This document shows positions 36,881-50,071 of a stretch of 64,000 nucleotides of DNA, piece after piece; positions within the stretch are counted from its first letter, which is position 1; each line of letters starts with the position of its first letter. The position numbers and the translations under genes were made by a program. Under the pieces are notes generated by a model that made no database searches, was not told where the DNA came from, and saw only the letters and a list, made by a program, of their open reading frames with translations. The stretch lies in the NCBI GenBank assembly GCA_976551045.1, contig CDPCPM010000010.1:31620001-31684000 (forward strand). Direction: 5' to 3'. This DNA comes from Glaucostegus cemiculus (taxonomy: Eukaryota).

Positions 36881-39687
36881 TTGAAACCCACTCCCGGTGT
36901 GTGGGTACCAGGCATGGTATTGGAATGTCTACTCACTTCAACACCTGTTGCTGTGGAAACCTTACTGCTCACTTGAATCAGGAGGATATCTCTCTGGATG
37001 ATCAGACTCTGGTCATGCAGAGTGCAGGTCTAAGCATCTCCTCCTTGGGGAAGATAGAAAAGAAAGTGAACAGGAACATGAATTAAATCACTGATCTCCT
37101 GCTCTTTCAGATGCACCAAGATGTAGACTAGAGTAGAGACTCCCTGGCTAAGGCAAAGTACCTTTAGGCCATTGTCATAAACAACATGGCATGATCTTCC
37201 AGCAGAGAGATAAAGGGGGACACCGCAGGGTTGGTTCTAGGTAGAGAAAGTCTGGAACGGTTCAAACTGACCTGAACCATGAACTGCAGGCGAGAGTGAA
37301 CTATAGTAAACCCATATCTGGTTACCAACCTCACAACAATCCCATAAACTCCAAGATGGATGCTTGCCATTGTAGCTATAATGTGAAGACGGAACTGCAC
37401 ATGGCTCATGTAGCACACATGGAGCTCAAGCTTGACACTGCAAAAGGCTTACCTCACTCTATGTATGTACAATGCATGTCGGATAGAGATAAAGGGGGAA
37501 AAGTAGATAAGAAATTATGTAAGAATATTGGCAACTTTGGACTGGGTACCCTTTGTTCCAGGACAAATGTCTGCCCTGTTGATATCAGTTTGTAATAAAG
37601 AGTAAGTTTGTTCTGAAGACAAACCCCGGATTCCTTGTGAATTCTTTCCATCTGCAGCCATCCTAGGGAATGATGCCCTCACAGATCTCTGAGGCATCAC
37701 AGCTTCCAGTGCCAGAGGAGATGCTGGGCCGGGCACTGACAGATGACTGAAAGGTTTATTCTACCCAACGATTGTAATTTACTTCAACATTACAAATTCA
37801 TATCAACACAGCTAAAGGGACTCATACCTGATCGTAACAAAGCAAGGCGTAACAAAGCAAAGGTAAGGTGGTAATAAGAACAACAGATTTAATTAGTAAA
37901 TTCAGTGTCCTGCTCTGCCAGAGCCACCGTGCAAACATCACAGGCACTCAGAACTCCTACAATTCCAGAGTTTGGAGCAATACGCCAAAGAACACAAACC
38001 TCCGCACTAAACCCAGCTCAGTGAAAAACTCGAAGGCACTGTTTGGCTCTGTGAACAGCTCCTTGAGGTTTTCTCAAAAACCAAGCTCGAAGAGGATGTC
38101 AAACTGCAAAAGATTAACAATAAAACTACTTTCTGTCTTTCCCAAGGTTACAATGATCAATAATATGTAGGTCAGGTGGTTTGCAGGTCAGCATCTCTTT
38201 TGGAGACTAAAATTTCCAGCTCGACCTGAAGTCTAGTTTCACGAATACAGTGCTCCTTTGCAGGGAGGCTTCTCAAATCAGAATCAACGCATCTCCCATC
38301 CCGGTGTATTAACTACCTGGCTGCACTCGAAATATCACAGCGTATTTTCTAACAGATCAGTTCTCGATTCTGCGGGGATGTTGCTCGATTGATCAGATCA
38401 GCTGATGTTCAGAAAGTCGCCCAACCAAGGCTATAAGAGCTCTATCCCTCCCCCTGCTGGTCGTGCGGTTGGTTTCCTGCTGTTTAGCACCTGACACAAA
38501 CGCGGGTCAGAAAGTGGCCGAGACAGGTGGAATAATGTAATAGTTCTTGACTTGCTGCCAATTTATCAAAATCCCCTTTAATCTTCCCACTAAAGCTACA
38601 CACTGGTCTTCGATTCTAACTGGTTACTTGCAAACTTAAACAAATTACTAAAGAAAGATAATATCTGAATCCCAATTACATTAGTAAAGAGAGCAATAAG
38701 AATAGGCTGTAAAGGTGACATCAAACTGGTGAGAGGCACACGGACCCATCAAGCCCGGGCTCCAGGTCCAGGAGTTGCCACCCACTGAAGATGTATTAAA
38801 TCCACCGAGCCACAGGGGCCACACCGCCCGGACAATGCCTCTGAGGAGCCGAGGACCCAACTCCAGCTGACCCGTCAGGTGGAAGAACGCACTTCCAAGG
38901 TGGCCAGTGCCCGTGTGGTGACAGATCCAACAGCCCAGCCCTCGGGGTTGGATCTTCCACAGTCTCCGTGGGTAAAGCTCAACAGCTTCAGCTGTGGAAT
39001 GATCGGACCGGCTGCAGGTGACGATCAGCCGGGCTGTTGGTCTCCCCCAGTGGTGTAGCTCCGTGGGTAATGAGTCACATGTCCCTCTGGCACAGGGGCT
39101 GTCTTATTCTCCGACGGATACTGAGCCCAACAGGCAAATGACAGCTGAGGTTTGAGGGAGGGCAGGAGAGAACTGTTCTCTTCTACCGCATGGAACAAGG
39201 GCGTTGAGGACGTTCGGTATGGGGAGAGATGGGCAGGCGGGGCTTGTTGCCTCTGGAACACAGGAGACTCAGGGGTAACCTGGGAGCAGTGTCTCCGATT
39301 CTCCGAGCCGGAGATAGGGCTGATTGTCACTTTTTCATTGTTTGGGTATCAAACACAAGAGGGCACATTTTAAAGGCAGAAGCTGCAGAGGAATCTGCAT
39401 GTGAGTTTATTTAAAAGAGAATATGGTTAATATCTGGAATGCGTTGCCAAAGGAGGGGTGGAATCAGATACAATTACTACTGGAAAGAGGCATTTAGACA
39501 GACACTTAAATAGGCAAGGTATGGAAGGACACGCTCCTAATGCGGGCATATGGGATGAGTGCAGATGGACAGAAAGGTCAGCACGGATGTGTTGGGCCGA
39601 AGAGCCGTTTCTGTGCTGTTCAACTCTGTGACTCGAAGGCTCCGTTCCATCTTGCGGGAGCGCAGCCGTTGCAGACTTTCTCCGCAG

Positions 39688-39808
39688 GCGAGACCCCGCC
39701 ACTGCTCCAAGGGCAGCAACAAGCGAAGAATGCGGGTGCCTTCGGGCCAGCGTTAGGAGGACTGGTGATCGCTCTCCATCCCGCTACTTGGATTCGTTTT
39801 CACACAAG
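39688..39808 (+). pseudogene. Degenerate copy of the gene B leader exon
   Basis: Aligns by eye to ~32270-32455 including the end cgttttcacacaag|gtgag; ATG replaced by GCG and a frameshift present. Confidence 0.72.
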
Positions 39809-40116
39809 GTGAGAAGCCGATGGTTTTGGAACAAACATTCGGCGAGCGTGGACGAGGTGGGTTGCAATTCTGAGGCACCACGGGACGGGGTCACTGGGAG
39901 AGTTTCCACCGGGTAACACGAACCTCTGAACTGATTGCAGGTGGATGTTGAGCCGCTTTGCAGAGAGCGGATGAGGGGTTCAGGGAAGTAAAATGTGAGG
40001 TCCCCGACTCTGTATCGCTTTACAACACGGAGAAGTTATGTGGGTGAATGAAGGTGGGAATCTCAGGGCTGAAATCTCTCAGCATTGCTCATTGCTGCAA
40101 CAACAACTTATCCTAG

Positions 40117-40373
40117 TTGTGGAGACGGTGACTCCCCCTCAATCGCTGGCTGAAGGAGACGGTGTTACCCTCACCTGCTCTGCACTGAAGCAACAAGGTT
40201 CATTTGGTGGAAGCTAGCGGGAAAAGCCTTGAACAAGGAAAGACATCTGAAGCCCGGCGAGAGGGAATCATTAGCCTGCCGCTGTTCGTTCAGAAGATCC
40301 AGAAGATGGAGTCTCCCTGTGTTCAATCCAGAATTTGCAACATTTTAGTTCATGTGGCAGTTCGAGGTTAACA
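40117..40373 (+). pseudogene. Frameshifted D4-like exon remnant
   Basis: tcctag|TT then VETVTPPQSLAEGDGVTLTCS, frameshift to TEATRFIWW, further indels and stops; matches D4 motif [10 protein letters not shown]. Confidence 0.7.
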
Positions 40374-41314
40374 GTGAATGTTTCATGCTCTGCACCTTGT
40401 GTGGGATGTGGATGAACAGCCAGTTCCTGGGCCTCTTTACGCACCAGCAGCCATCCTAAAGTTTCTCGTCTACTCAACTTCACCTCGGTTTACATCACTC
40501 TCCTGACTGGCCGGTCTCTCCATCCCCAATGGTCCCACCATTGTTATTATACCCACTCGCCTCCCTTCCCTTACCCAACTGACTACAAAGTTCCCCAGCT
40601 CAGTCTATCCCATCCATTCCTCAGTAGCATCAGCCTCACCCCCATTCCCCTCCGCGATCACCCACCGAGTCTGACATGAGGATCGGTTCCAGCATCACAG
40701 AGCCCGGATCCTCAAACCGACCCTATCGGGTGAGCTGCCTCTTATACTGCGCGGCTCAGGCCCCGAAGCACAACATTGGGACCTCCCCAGTCCTCGTCAT
40801 TCAAGGACAGAGACGGAGCCCAGTGCCCCACCGACCCACGCCAGTCTCCAGCTCCACACAACAGGACAACAGCCACCGATGTATTCTGAAAACCAACCTT
40901 CTCTCTTCCAACCCTCCTCTCCCTCACACACTACCCACACTCCCAACCTCCCTAAATTACATTGACCACATTCCCGGCCAGCTGTTCGATTTTACCTGTT
41001 CCAAGACTCTCGGCCCCTGTCCTCTCGATGTTCCACAGGACTGTTGTTAACCATTCCCTATGGATGCAGTGCCACATATGTACAACCACGGGAGACTCCG
41101 GGATTGATCAGGACCCCCCTCTCCCGTGGGCCAGTTGCTGATCCGTTCCACTCGCCGTTTCACAGGGCAGCATTTCCCACTTACCTCTGATGCAGGTCTC
41201 CACCCGAAGAGTTGACACACACCTTCTGCCTCCACAGATGCTGCTTGACCCACTGAGTTCTTCCAGCGTTCTGTTTTTTTTCTTATTGCAGCATCTTCAG
41301 TCTCTTTTGTCTTC

Positions 41315-42105
41315 ATTTGGTATTGGTTTCTTATTGCCGCTTGTGCCGAGGTACAGTGAAAAGCTTGTCTTACAAAGCGATCGTACGGGTCAATTCATTA
41401 CACAGTGCAGTTACATTGTTAGTGCAAAGTGCATTGATGTAGTACAGTAAAAACTGTAACAGTACAGAGGAAAGTGTCACAGCTACAGAGAAAGTGCAGT
41501 GCAATAAGGTGTAAGGTCTCAACAAGGTGGAATGTGAGGTCAGAGTCCATCTCATCGTACAAGGGAATCGTTGAATAGTCATACCACAGTGAGGTAGAAG
41601 CTGTCCTTAAGTCTGGTGGTACATGCCCTCAGGGTACTACCCGATGGAAGAGGAGAGAAGAGAGAATGTTCTGGGTGAGTGGGGTCTTTGATTATGCTGG
41701 CCGCTACGCCAAGACAATGAGAGGTAAAGACAGAGTCCAAGGAGGGGACGCTGGTGTCTGTGATGCATTGGGCTGTGTCCACAACTCTCTGCAGCTTCTT
41801 GCGGTCCTGGGCAGAGTAGTTGCCATACCAAGCTGTGATGCATCCAGATAGAATGCTTTCTATAGTGCATCGGTAAAAGTTGGGGAGAGTCAAAGGGGAC
41901 AAACCAAATTTCTTTAGCCTCCTGAGAAAGTAAAGGCACCGGTCAGCTTTCTTGGCTGTAGCATCGATGTGGTTTGACCAGTACAGGCTGTCGGTGATGT
42001 TCACACCCAGAAACCTGAAGCTCTCAACATTCTCGACCTCAGCACCATTGATGTAGACAGGTGCATGTATACCACCCCCTTTCCTGAAGTCAATGACCAA
42101 CTCTT
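41315..42105 (-). mobile_element. Rex1/Babar-type LINE 3-prime fragment
   Basis: ORF 41579..42100: VIDFRK...FRFLGVNITDSLYWS...LYFLRRLKKFG...FYRCTIESILSGCITAWYGN. Confidence 0.88.
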
Positions 42106-44254
42106 TTGCAAATGATATTGTTGATCAAACCAGAAAACAAGACAACTGAATAAAAAAAAACAGACAACCAGAATACTGAGAGCTGATTTCCTGCACACAC
42201 CAAGTGTGGAATCACTGCCGATAAAGAAGCCTCCCTGTGAGGAAGTCCTGTGGCTTGTTGGCCGAGCAGAGACCCGTGTCAATGGGAAATGCTGTGGTTC
42301 ACCGCCGCTCTTCCCCTTCAGGATGTGGTGCGGTTCTGCACTGTTCAATGTGGAGAATGCCGGCACTGGAAGTAATGATGGGCTGGAGGGAGACTTCATT
42401 TGGCATCTTCTATGAGCTTTTCTCATTCTGCAATCCCGCAGATGCCACAAAAATGCAAATGCAGATTTTACTTGTAAACTCTGAATCTATGCATTGAGGG
42501 TGAATTTGTAACAAGTCCGGGAATTGCTGTGCTGTTCTGGTGAGCTCTCCCTGTAATTCTCACCAATTCCCTCGGGTTCATATCCACGGTGGAGATTTCT
42601 GTGGGAATCTTTAGCGGGTGGAATCTCAACATCTTCCAAATAAGGACACTGGCACAGAGGTGAGGGGCCAGAGTGTGGGGGCAGCGTGTCAGTGTTTCCA
42701 GGCCTTGGTCCCACTTTGGCCTCAGTGTCCTGTGGCTGTTGGACATCGATCATCCAACCTGCGGAACATCACTGTAGTTGCCAGTCTGTTCATTGTATGG
42801 CCTGAACTGAAATTAAGCAGATAGCTTTGTTCGAAGATCAAGCATTTGTATTTCGAAAACCAACCATAACCCAGAGCTCTCTGTGACTTTCTAGTCCGCT
42901 CATCTCTCCCCACTCACCCCTTCCCCTCCCCAGGCACTTTTGCTGCCTCCGTAGGAGGTGCAACACCTGTCCTGACACCTCCTCCCTCACCACCACACAG
43001 GGACTTAAACTGCTCTTCTTACCTTTGAACCACCTCCCGGTTGATCTGCTCTCCCCTCCTCCCCTGCACCTGCCTATCACTGTCTCTTATCTGCATCTAC
43101 CGATCACCACCTTGTGTCCACCCCCACTCCCGTCTTTTGTCTACCTCTCACTATTCTGCTTCCCCCCCCCCTTATAATGGGCTTCCGGTTTGCTCAGCAC
43201 CTACGCTCTGTCCACAGTAGCCATCTGGAGCTCCCAGTTACAGGCCATATTAACTCCCCTCCCCACTGCCACACCACCTGTTTGTTTTCAACCTCTTCCA
43301 CCGCCAGACTGAGTCTAAACACAAACTGGAGGAACTGAACCTTATGTTCTGCCTGGCTTGCCTACATCCAACAGTGTGAACATTGAATTCTTGTGTTTCC
43401 ATCTTCCTGAACACACTCACGTACAATAATCCTGTTCTTCAGGGATCGAACGGGGTTATGTCTATCCACAGCTCAGTTTATGCCACTCCACAAACTTGAC
43501 CATTTGGCTGTGGATTGTGCCTGACACAGTGGGGACACATGTCCCAGATCAGACACACACCTTGTGTTGTCAGTCCCCATGCCATGTGTGTTCACTGCCA
43601 CGCTGGCAGGATTTGTTGAAGAGTACTGCCATTGGAAACAACAGCTCAGCAAGACTTTAATAGCACTGCTCTCTCCATGGCAGTGCGATTTGAAGGGAAC
43701 CTTCTTGAGCAGGTCCTGGCTTGGGGCTGGAACCCAACGCAGACCGGTTGCCTTTCATTAATTTACTTACTAGCTCCCATTCGGACCCAACAACCTCTGA
43801 AGGGTTCTGAACCCCATCACTGCCGTCTGAAAAAGATCAGGACAATCGTTTGACAACTACTCCCACCAACCGCCAACTCAGCAACTGGTGACTGAGGATC
43901 AGAGGACCCATCTTCACTGTTCCCTAGCAGCCGACCTTTGCTGCAGACATACCTGATCCTGTTTGCATCCTTCACACTGGTGAATGGAAGGACTTACCTT
44001 GTTTTTAAGTCATTCAGCTCCACCCAAAGTTTGGGTCTCTGAGAAACAGGTCACTGAAAGTTAACGCAAGTGGCCCATGACCATAAACAGTCCCTGGAGT
44101 TCAGCGCTTCAGTTGGTTAATGAGGTAAGTTGACGAATTTATTGATATGTTTCCTTTCCTCACCCGTGTTCACCAAGTTGTCACTTCATCTGAGGTGCTC
44201 CAGGTTGCTGAGGAAAGTCAGAGATGAAATTGCAGGGACTCTGTTAACTTATTT

Positions 44255-44510
44255 GACACAATAGAGTAGCAGTTAGCACGACGCTGTTACAGCGCTAGCA
44301 ATCGGGAATCGATTCCCGACGCTGACTGTAAGGAGTTTGTACGTTCTCCTGTGTCTGCATGGGTTTCCTCTGGGTGCTCCGATTTCCTCCCACATTCTAA
44401 AAAAGACGTACGGGTAGGTTAATTTGGGGGTTTAAAATGGACGGTGCGGACTCGTTGGGCTGAAAAGACCTGTTACCGTGCTGTAAATAAAATTTAAATT
44501 AAAAAAATTT
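44255..44510 (+). mobile_element. V-SINE, same subfamily as 3996-4264
   Basis: Shares gacgtacgggtaggttaatttgggggtttaaaatgg and the ctgtaaataaaattt tail. Confidence 0.85.
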
Positions 44511-44749
44511 AAACGTAAGAGAGAAGATCGATGAGGCTGACATGTTTGTGGACATTCCGAACTTCTTTGCCAAAGTACCACAGGGGCCACCTTAAAACGC
44601 TTGGGAATAATGCGATGGTGTCAAGAATGGACAAAAAGTCATCTGAGAGTTGACAGAAAGCTGAGGGCGATGGCGACCAGCTGTTTCTGCTCACCTGGGG
44701 GAGGAGTCGAGCAGCGCTCCCAGAGTTCAGTGGTGAGAGCTGCGCTCTC

Positions 44750-45945
44750 TGATTTACTTTAACCAGATGGAATTGGGTGAACAGCATAATCCCCAAGTTT
44801 GCAAAGATGAGCGAGTTGGCTAAATGGATACACATTTGGTTTGATGGTAGAAAGCAGAAGGTGGTGGTGGAAGGTTATTTCTTTGTTTGTCGGACTGGAG
44901 GCCCGTGACTCGTAGTGTGCCTCAGGGGGTAGATTCTTGGCCCACTGTTGTCTGTCATTTATATCAGTCATTTGGATAAGAATGTACAAGGCATAGTTAA
45001 GAAGTTTGCAGATGATACTAAATGAAGTGGCATAATGAGCAATGGTTATTAAAAATTAGAGAGGGGGTCTTATTCAGCTGAGTAAGTGGGCCAAGGAATG
45101 GGAAATGCAATTTAATGCAGATAAGTGTAAGGTGTTGCATTTTGTAAAGTCAAATGCAGGTAGGTTTTCACAGTGAACAGTAGTGTCTTGGGGAGTGTTG
45201 TAAAACAGAGGGACCTTGAAGTACAAATACATGGTTCACTGAAAGTGGAGTCACGTGTACACAGGGTGGTGAATTAGGCTATTGGTACGCTGACCTTCAG
45301 AAGTCATGGCAGTTAGCATAAAAGTTGGGAGGTCATGGTGTGGTTGTACAGGACACTGGTCTCTCACCTGGACTCACATATCACCTGGTTGTATAGGACA
45401 CTGTTGACTCCCCACTTGTCGTATTGTGTTCAGTTCTGGTTGCTTGCTTTTGGAAAGATGTTATTAAACTGGAAAGGCTGCAGAAAAAATTAACAAGCAT
45501 GTTCCCAGGACTTGACGGACAGAGCTGTAGGGAGAGGTTGGACAGGCTAGGATTTTAGTCCTTGGAACATAGACTGCTAGGAGTTCATACAGATGTGTAT
45601 AAAATCATGAGGACCATAAAAAAGGGTGAATGCACTTGTCTTTTCCCCAGGGCTGGGGAATCAAGAACCAGAGGGCATAGGTTCAAGGTGAGACTGGAAA
45701 GATTTAATACAAATGCGAGGGGTATCTTTTTTTTACACAAAGGGTGGTACGTGTGTGGAATGAGCTGCCAGAGACAGGTACAGTAACAACTTTTAAAAGA
45801 CAGTTGGACAAGGACATAGATTGGAAAGTTTTCGGAGGTTATGGGCCAAACACTGGCAAATGGGACAAGCTTGGATGGGCCATCTTAATCGGCATGGACC
45901 AGTTGGACCGAAGGGCCTGTTACCATTCTGTGTAACCCTATGGCT
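44750..45945 (+). mobile_element. CR1-type LINE, degenerate RT and 3-prime end
   Basis: KFADDTK at ~45002; CR1 terminal motifs (SRTRGHRFKV, VRVWNELP). Confidence 0.85.
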
Positions 45946-48139
45946 CTAGGAAACAAGGCTGAGAATGGTGGTAAACAATGAAGAGGGAAAGGACAGGTTT
46001 AGGTGGACAGAGCCAGTCTGGTGACATGGGCTGAATCATTGAAGGTGAAATGTAATGCAGAGAGTGTCAGGTGATGCATTTCAACAGAAACAATGATGCT
46101 GCAGGTTGAAAGAACCCTTGGCAACAGAGAGACATGGATGATGGTAGCCTTGTGTTTATGGCTGTACCAGTGTCAATTGGCCAGCATTTTTGATCTGCAG
46201 ATAAGAGTTCAAATCCTGCCACTGCAGCTGGGGAATTTAAATACAAGGAATTAAAATCAGAATTCATGGTGCTGATGGTAACTGTGAAGCTACCAGACTG
46301 TGGTAAAACCCACCTGGTCATTCATGGACTTCAGGTGAGGAAATCTCACCTGGTCCGGGATATATGTGACTCCAGACCCACAGCAATCTGGTTGGCTCTT
46401 ACTGTCCCAGTAGTTACTCCACCCCTTCAGGGGCCAATTAGTGATAGGCAATAACTGCTGGTCCTGTAGCAGCCTCCCCATCCCAGGAATAAAAACTAAA
46501 TGTCTACAGTATACATTGTCAGAGTGAAACTGGACATATTTTGCAAATGGACTTTTCAGTGGGGCTGTGCTATGAATAGATTTCAGAGAAGCACCAGTGG
46601 AATGTGTGGCTGATGGTGTGATATTGCCATAAATGGAAGATCACATCAGTCAATTTCAAAAGCTGTGAAATTCGTGCAGCCGGAAGTTTCAGCTTTGGGT
46701 GCAACCAGCAGCAGAAGAAGAAACAACACCAATATCACAGAGTTTCAAATCTGCCTTTGCCTCAAGTTTCCATGTAAACTCATTTGCATATCACTGACCC
46801 CCAAATCATGCCCTGAACCAGCACAATTGGACAGTTTTACATTTCCTTGAAAATGTGAAGGGACCAATCAAATGGTAACAAACAGCAACAACACACAAAG
46901 CGCTGGAGGAACTCAACGGGTCAGGCAGCATCTATGGAGGGAAATGGACCAATGATGTTTTGGATTGAGTGTGGTGATGCAAACAGGTGGGTAAAAAAGG
47001 CAACACGCAGCAGGATAGTGAGGGACAGAAGGGTCTCAGAGGGTGTATGCACTGATCCCTGGTATTAGCAGTGCATGTGGGCAAGTTGGATAAAGTGTTT
47101 TCTGGGATACTTGCCTAGATTGGCTGAGTCATTGCATGCAGGGCCAGGGAGATCTGTTGAAGGCATTTAAGAGGCTCTTAGATAGGCAGATGAATATGCA
47201 GAGAATGGTAGGATTTGGACCATGTGTAGTTAGAAGGGATTAACTGTCATTGGCTTAATTAGTTCATCACAATATTGAGGGCCGAAGTGTCTGTTCATGT
47301 GCTGTACTTTTCTATGTTCTACGTTCTAATTAATAATGATAATGTTAATGCTTTCAAAAATATTTCCTGATACTTTGTAGCTTGGTACAGTTTTATTCAC
47401 ACTAAATGTTGAGCAGATATTTGGTCCATCAGAAAGAAAAGAACAGTGAAACCTCCTGCCCCACTTACTTACCCCAATTACTCATATGAACCTGTTGCCA
47501 TTGTGACTGGGTTCTCCCAGTCAACAGTTGCTCCCAACCCCTCCCCATCTTCCGGCAGATCCACCTCCAGCTCTGGTTTGAACCAGATGGGATCCAAAAA
47601 CCTTGTATGTTGATGTGTCTGGGAACTTGTTGCCATTTTCCTACAAGTTAATTCAAAGGAAAGGAATTATTTTTTACAGATGTGAATGGACCAATCAAAT
47701 AGGAACAAACTGCAATTGGAATTCAAACTAGAGTAATGTGATGATGGAAATGGAGAGTGCAAATGAGGCAACAAGTAGCAGGATAGTGAAGAACAGAAGG
47801 GTCTCAGAGGGCATGTGCACTGATCCCTGGTGATAGCAGGACAGGTGGGCAAGCTGGTGAAGGATTCATCCAGGGAACTTGCCTGAATTAGCTGAGACAT
47901 TGTGTAAAGGAGCAGGGAGATCAGTCCCAAATGTCATAAAAAGGCATTTAGACCTCTGCTGGTGCACAGTGTACAGTTCTGGTTTCCATCTGGCTGGGTT
48001 GGATCAAAGCTTGGAGCCATGCATATTTCTGGAGTCTGGTGGCGAGTACGGGAATGATGAGACCTGCCTAACTGAGCTGACTGAGTGTAACTCGTGCATC
48101 CATGCTGAAGACCTTCACCTGGGAGAGGATGCTAGTGCA

Positions 48140-48590
48140 ATACACTAAAAGTGCTGGAGGAACTCAGCAGGTCAGGCAGCATCCATGGAGTGAGAAAACA
48201 GTTGACATTTCAGGCTGAGACCCTTCATCAGGACTGGAAAGGAAGAGGGCAGAAGCCAGAATAAAAAGGTGGGGTAGGGGGAGGAGAATACGCAGGCAGG
48301 GAATAGGTGAGTTCAGGAAACAGGCAATTCCAGGTGAGGGGGGGGGGGTGACAGGTGGGTGGGGAAGCGGGAGAAGATGTAATAAACGGATGGGTAGAAG
48401 AGGCAAAGGGCTGAAGAAGAAGGGATCTGGTAGGAGAGAGCAGTGGACCATTGACTAAACGACAGAGGAGGGGAGGAGCGGAGGTGGGCAGGTCATCAAG
48501 GCGCGGGAACAGAGCCACAGGAATAAGGGAATTAAAAGAAAGGGTTGGTATTACAGGAAGTTAGAGAAATCGATGTTGAGGCCATCAGGT
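48140..48590 (-). mobile_element. Penelope-like element terminal fragment
   Basis: Reverse complement of the 16000-16480 type sequence. Confidence 0.78.
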
Positions 48591-48774
48591 TGGGTGTTAG
48601 AGGATGCTGGTGGTTGTCTGCTGTCTTTCTGCTGATTTGGAGGATCTTGCAGACACTCCTGATGGCCTTTCTCCAGTGCCGTGTGGTGCCAGCTCAGAGA
48701 AGGACAGAGTTCAGTGCTGCCTGGTCGAGCATGAGTGTTGTGATGTGAGGCCTTGTTTTTCAAACACCTCCACA

Positions 48775-49265
48775 AAGGCTGTAAAGGAAGAGGAAGCTCG
48801 CCTGCCCTGTGGTTCCACAAGACACAGTGTCAGTTACTGTGCAGGGTCAGTCTGGGGACCTCAGCTCGTCGTGTGTCACTGTGCTCGGACCTTTGCTGCT
48901 CAGTCGCTGGACTCCTTCACCAGTCTCTTCCCACCAGGTAGGCGACGTCACTGCAGTCTGACTTCAGGGAAGGAGGGGTTTGAATGGGATCTACAAATCG
49001 AACACAATTTGCAAAGATCGTGTATTGTTTGATAATTCACTCTGTGTATTAGTTCTCCTGTTGCAGTCTGTTCCACTTTGTTCTCCTTTTCACCTAAAAC
49101 AGCTATAAAGGGGGTTTCTCACAGCTCAATGAACAGCAGCGGATATTTTACATATTTTAAGCTTTCCTACTTGTTGTCTGGTCAATATCAAACTTTTCAC
49201 CGTGAACCGGATTGCTGCACTGGTTTACCCAGCCGTGCTCTGGCACCGTCTGAGGGGTTCAATGT
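48775..49265 (+). promoter_or_regulatory. Module copy 4 upstream of gene C; candidate promoter and non-coding exon 1
   Basis: AGGAAGAGGAAG (48785-48796, ETS/PU.1-like), TGTGGTT (48808-48814, RUNX consensus), CAG|GTAGGC donor at 48937/48938, about 1 kb upstream of the leader acceptor. Regulatory role is inferred. Confidence 0.52.
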
Positions 49266-49983
49266 CAGTTCACTGACTGACCAGTGGGATCAAATTTGGT
49301 ACAAAATATCTCACAGAAAAATACAAAGTAAAAAGGACAAAATGCAAAATGTCTTTGAGAAGATGGAACATGAGGGGGAAAAAGTAAGACAGCAACAGGA
49401 ATCCTCCTGCATCTGCATTCAGGACGCTCATGGCTGCTCCTTTATCTCACTATCAGGAACCCGCTCTTCCGCCAAACCACTTGCTGCCTTTTGTACCCTC
49501 CATAAAACCTCTGTCGTCCCATCACACGTCACCAATTTAGTGCACCTGTCCAGCTGGGAAACTATATCAGGCCCTTGTTCCATCCACCATGTCTCTGTCT
49601 GGGTTATGGTGTCCATGAACTGCTGCTTGTTTTAAAATCCCATCCTGGTCATTGTTGTCCGTCCACACCCAGTCTGAAATATATGTGAGTCCAGACCGAC
49701 AGCAATGTGAAGTGGGACTGTGTGAGACCACTTCTCTGAAGTAGTCTCACAGTCCCCTAAGGTCAAAGACAATTCAGGCTGGGCCGGCCTTGTCAGTGAC
49801 GCCCGTATCCAGTGAAAGAGTAAAACACGAGAAAGAATTTGCCGACTTGTGTCACCTCACTTCACCTTCTCCGCAGTCTGAACTGTGGAACCAAACGGGG
49901 TGACTCGAGCTGTCTGTGCACTCGGGTGGGTTTCTGGCGCTCAGTCTGAAGCTGCATGTCATTTCTTTCAGGGAATCCACAAA

Positions 49984-50071
49984 ATGAGGCTGAGGTTTCT
50001 CTGCAGCAGTTTGCCCGCTGGTCTGATGTTCGGTTGCTTTGTTATTCTACTTCGGCCTGTTTCCACACGGG
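49984..50071 (+). CDS. Gene C leader exon
   Basis: tttcag acceptor ending 49971, ATG 49984; peptide identical to the gene A leader; g|gtaagt donor. Confidence 0.85.

Noticed and set aside
46970-47930. Two similar ~190-bp segments (~46980 and ~47745)
   Set aside because: Look like old duplicated LINE fragments; no coding or structural signal.
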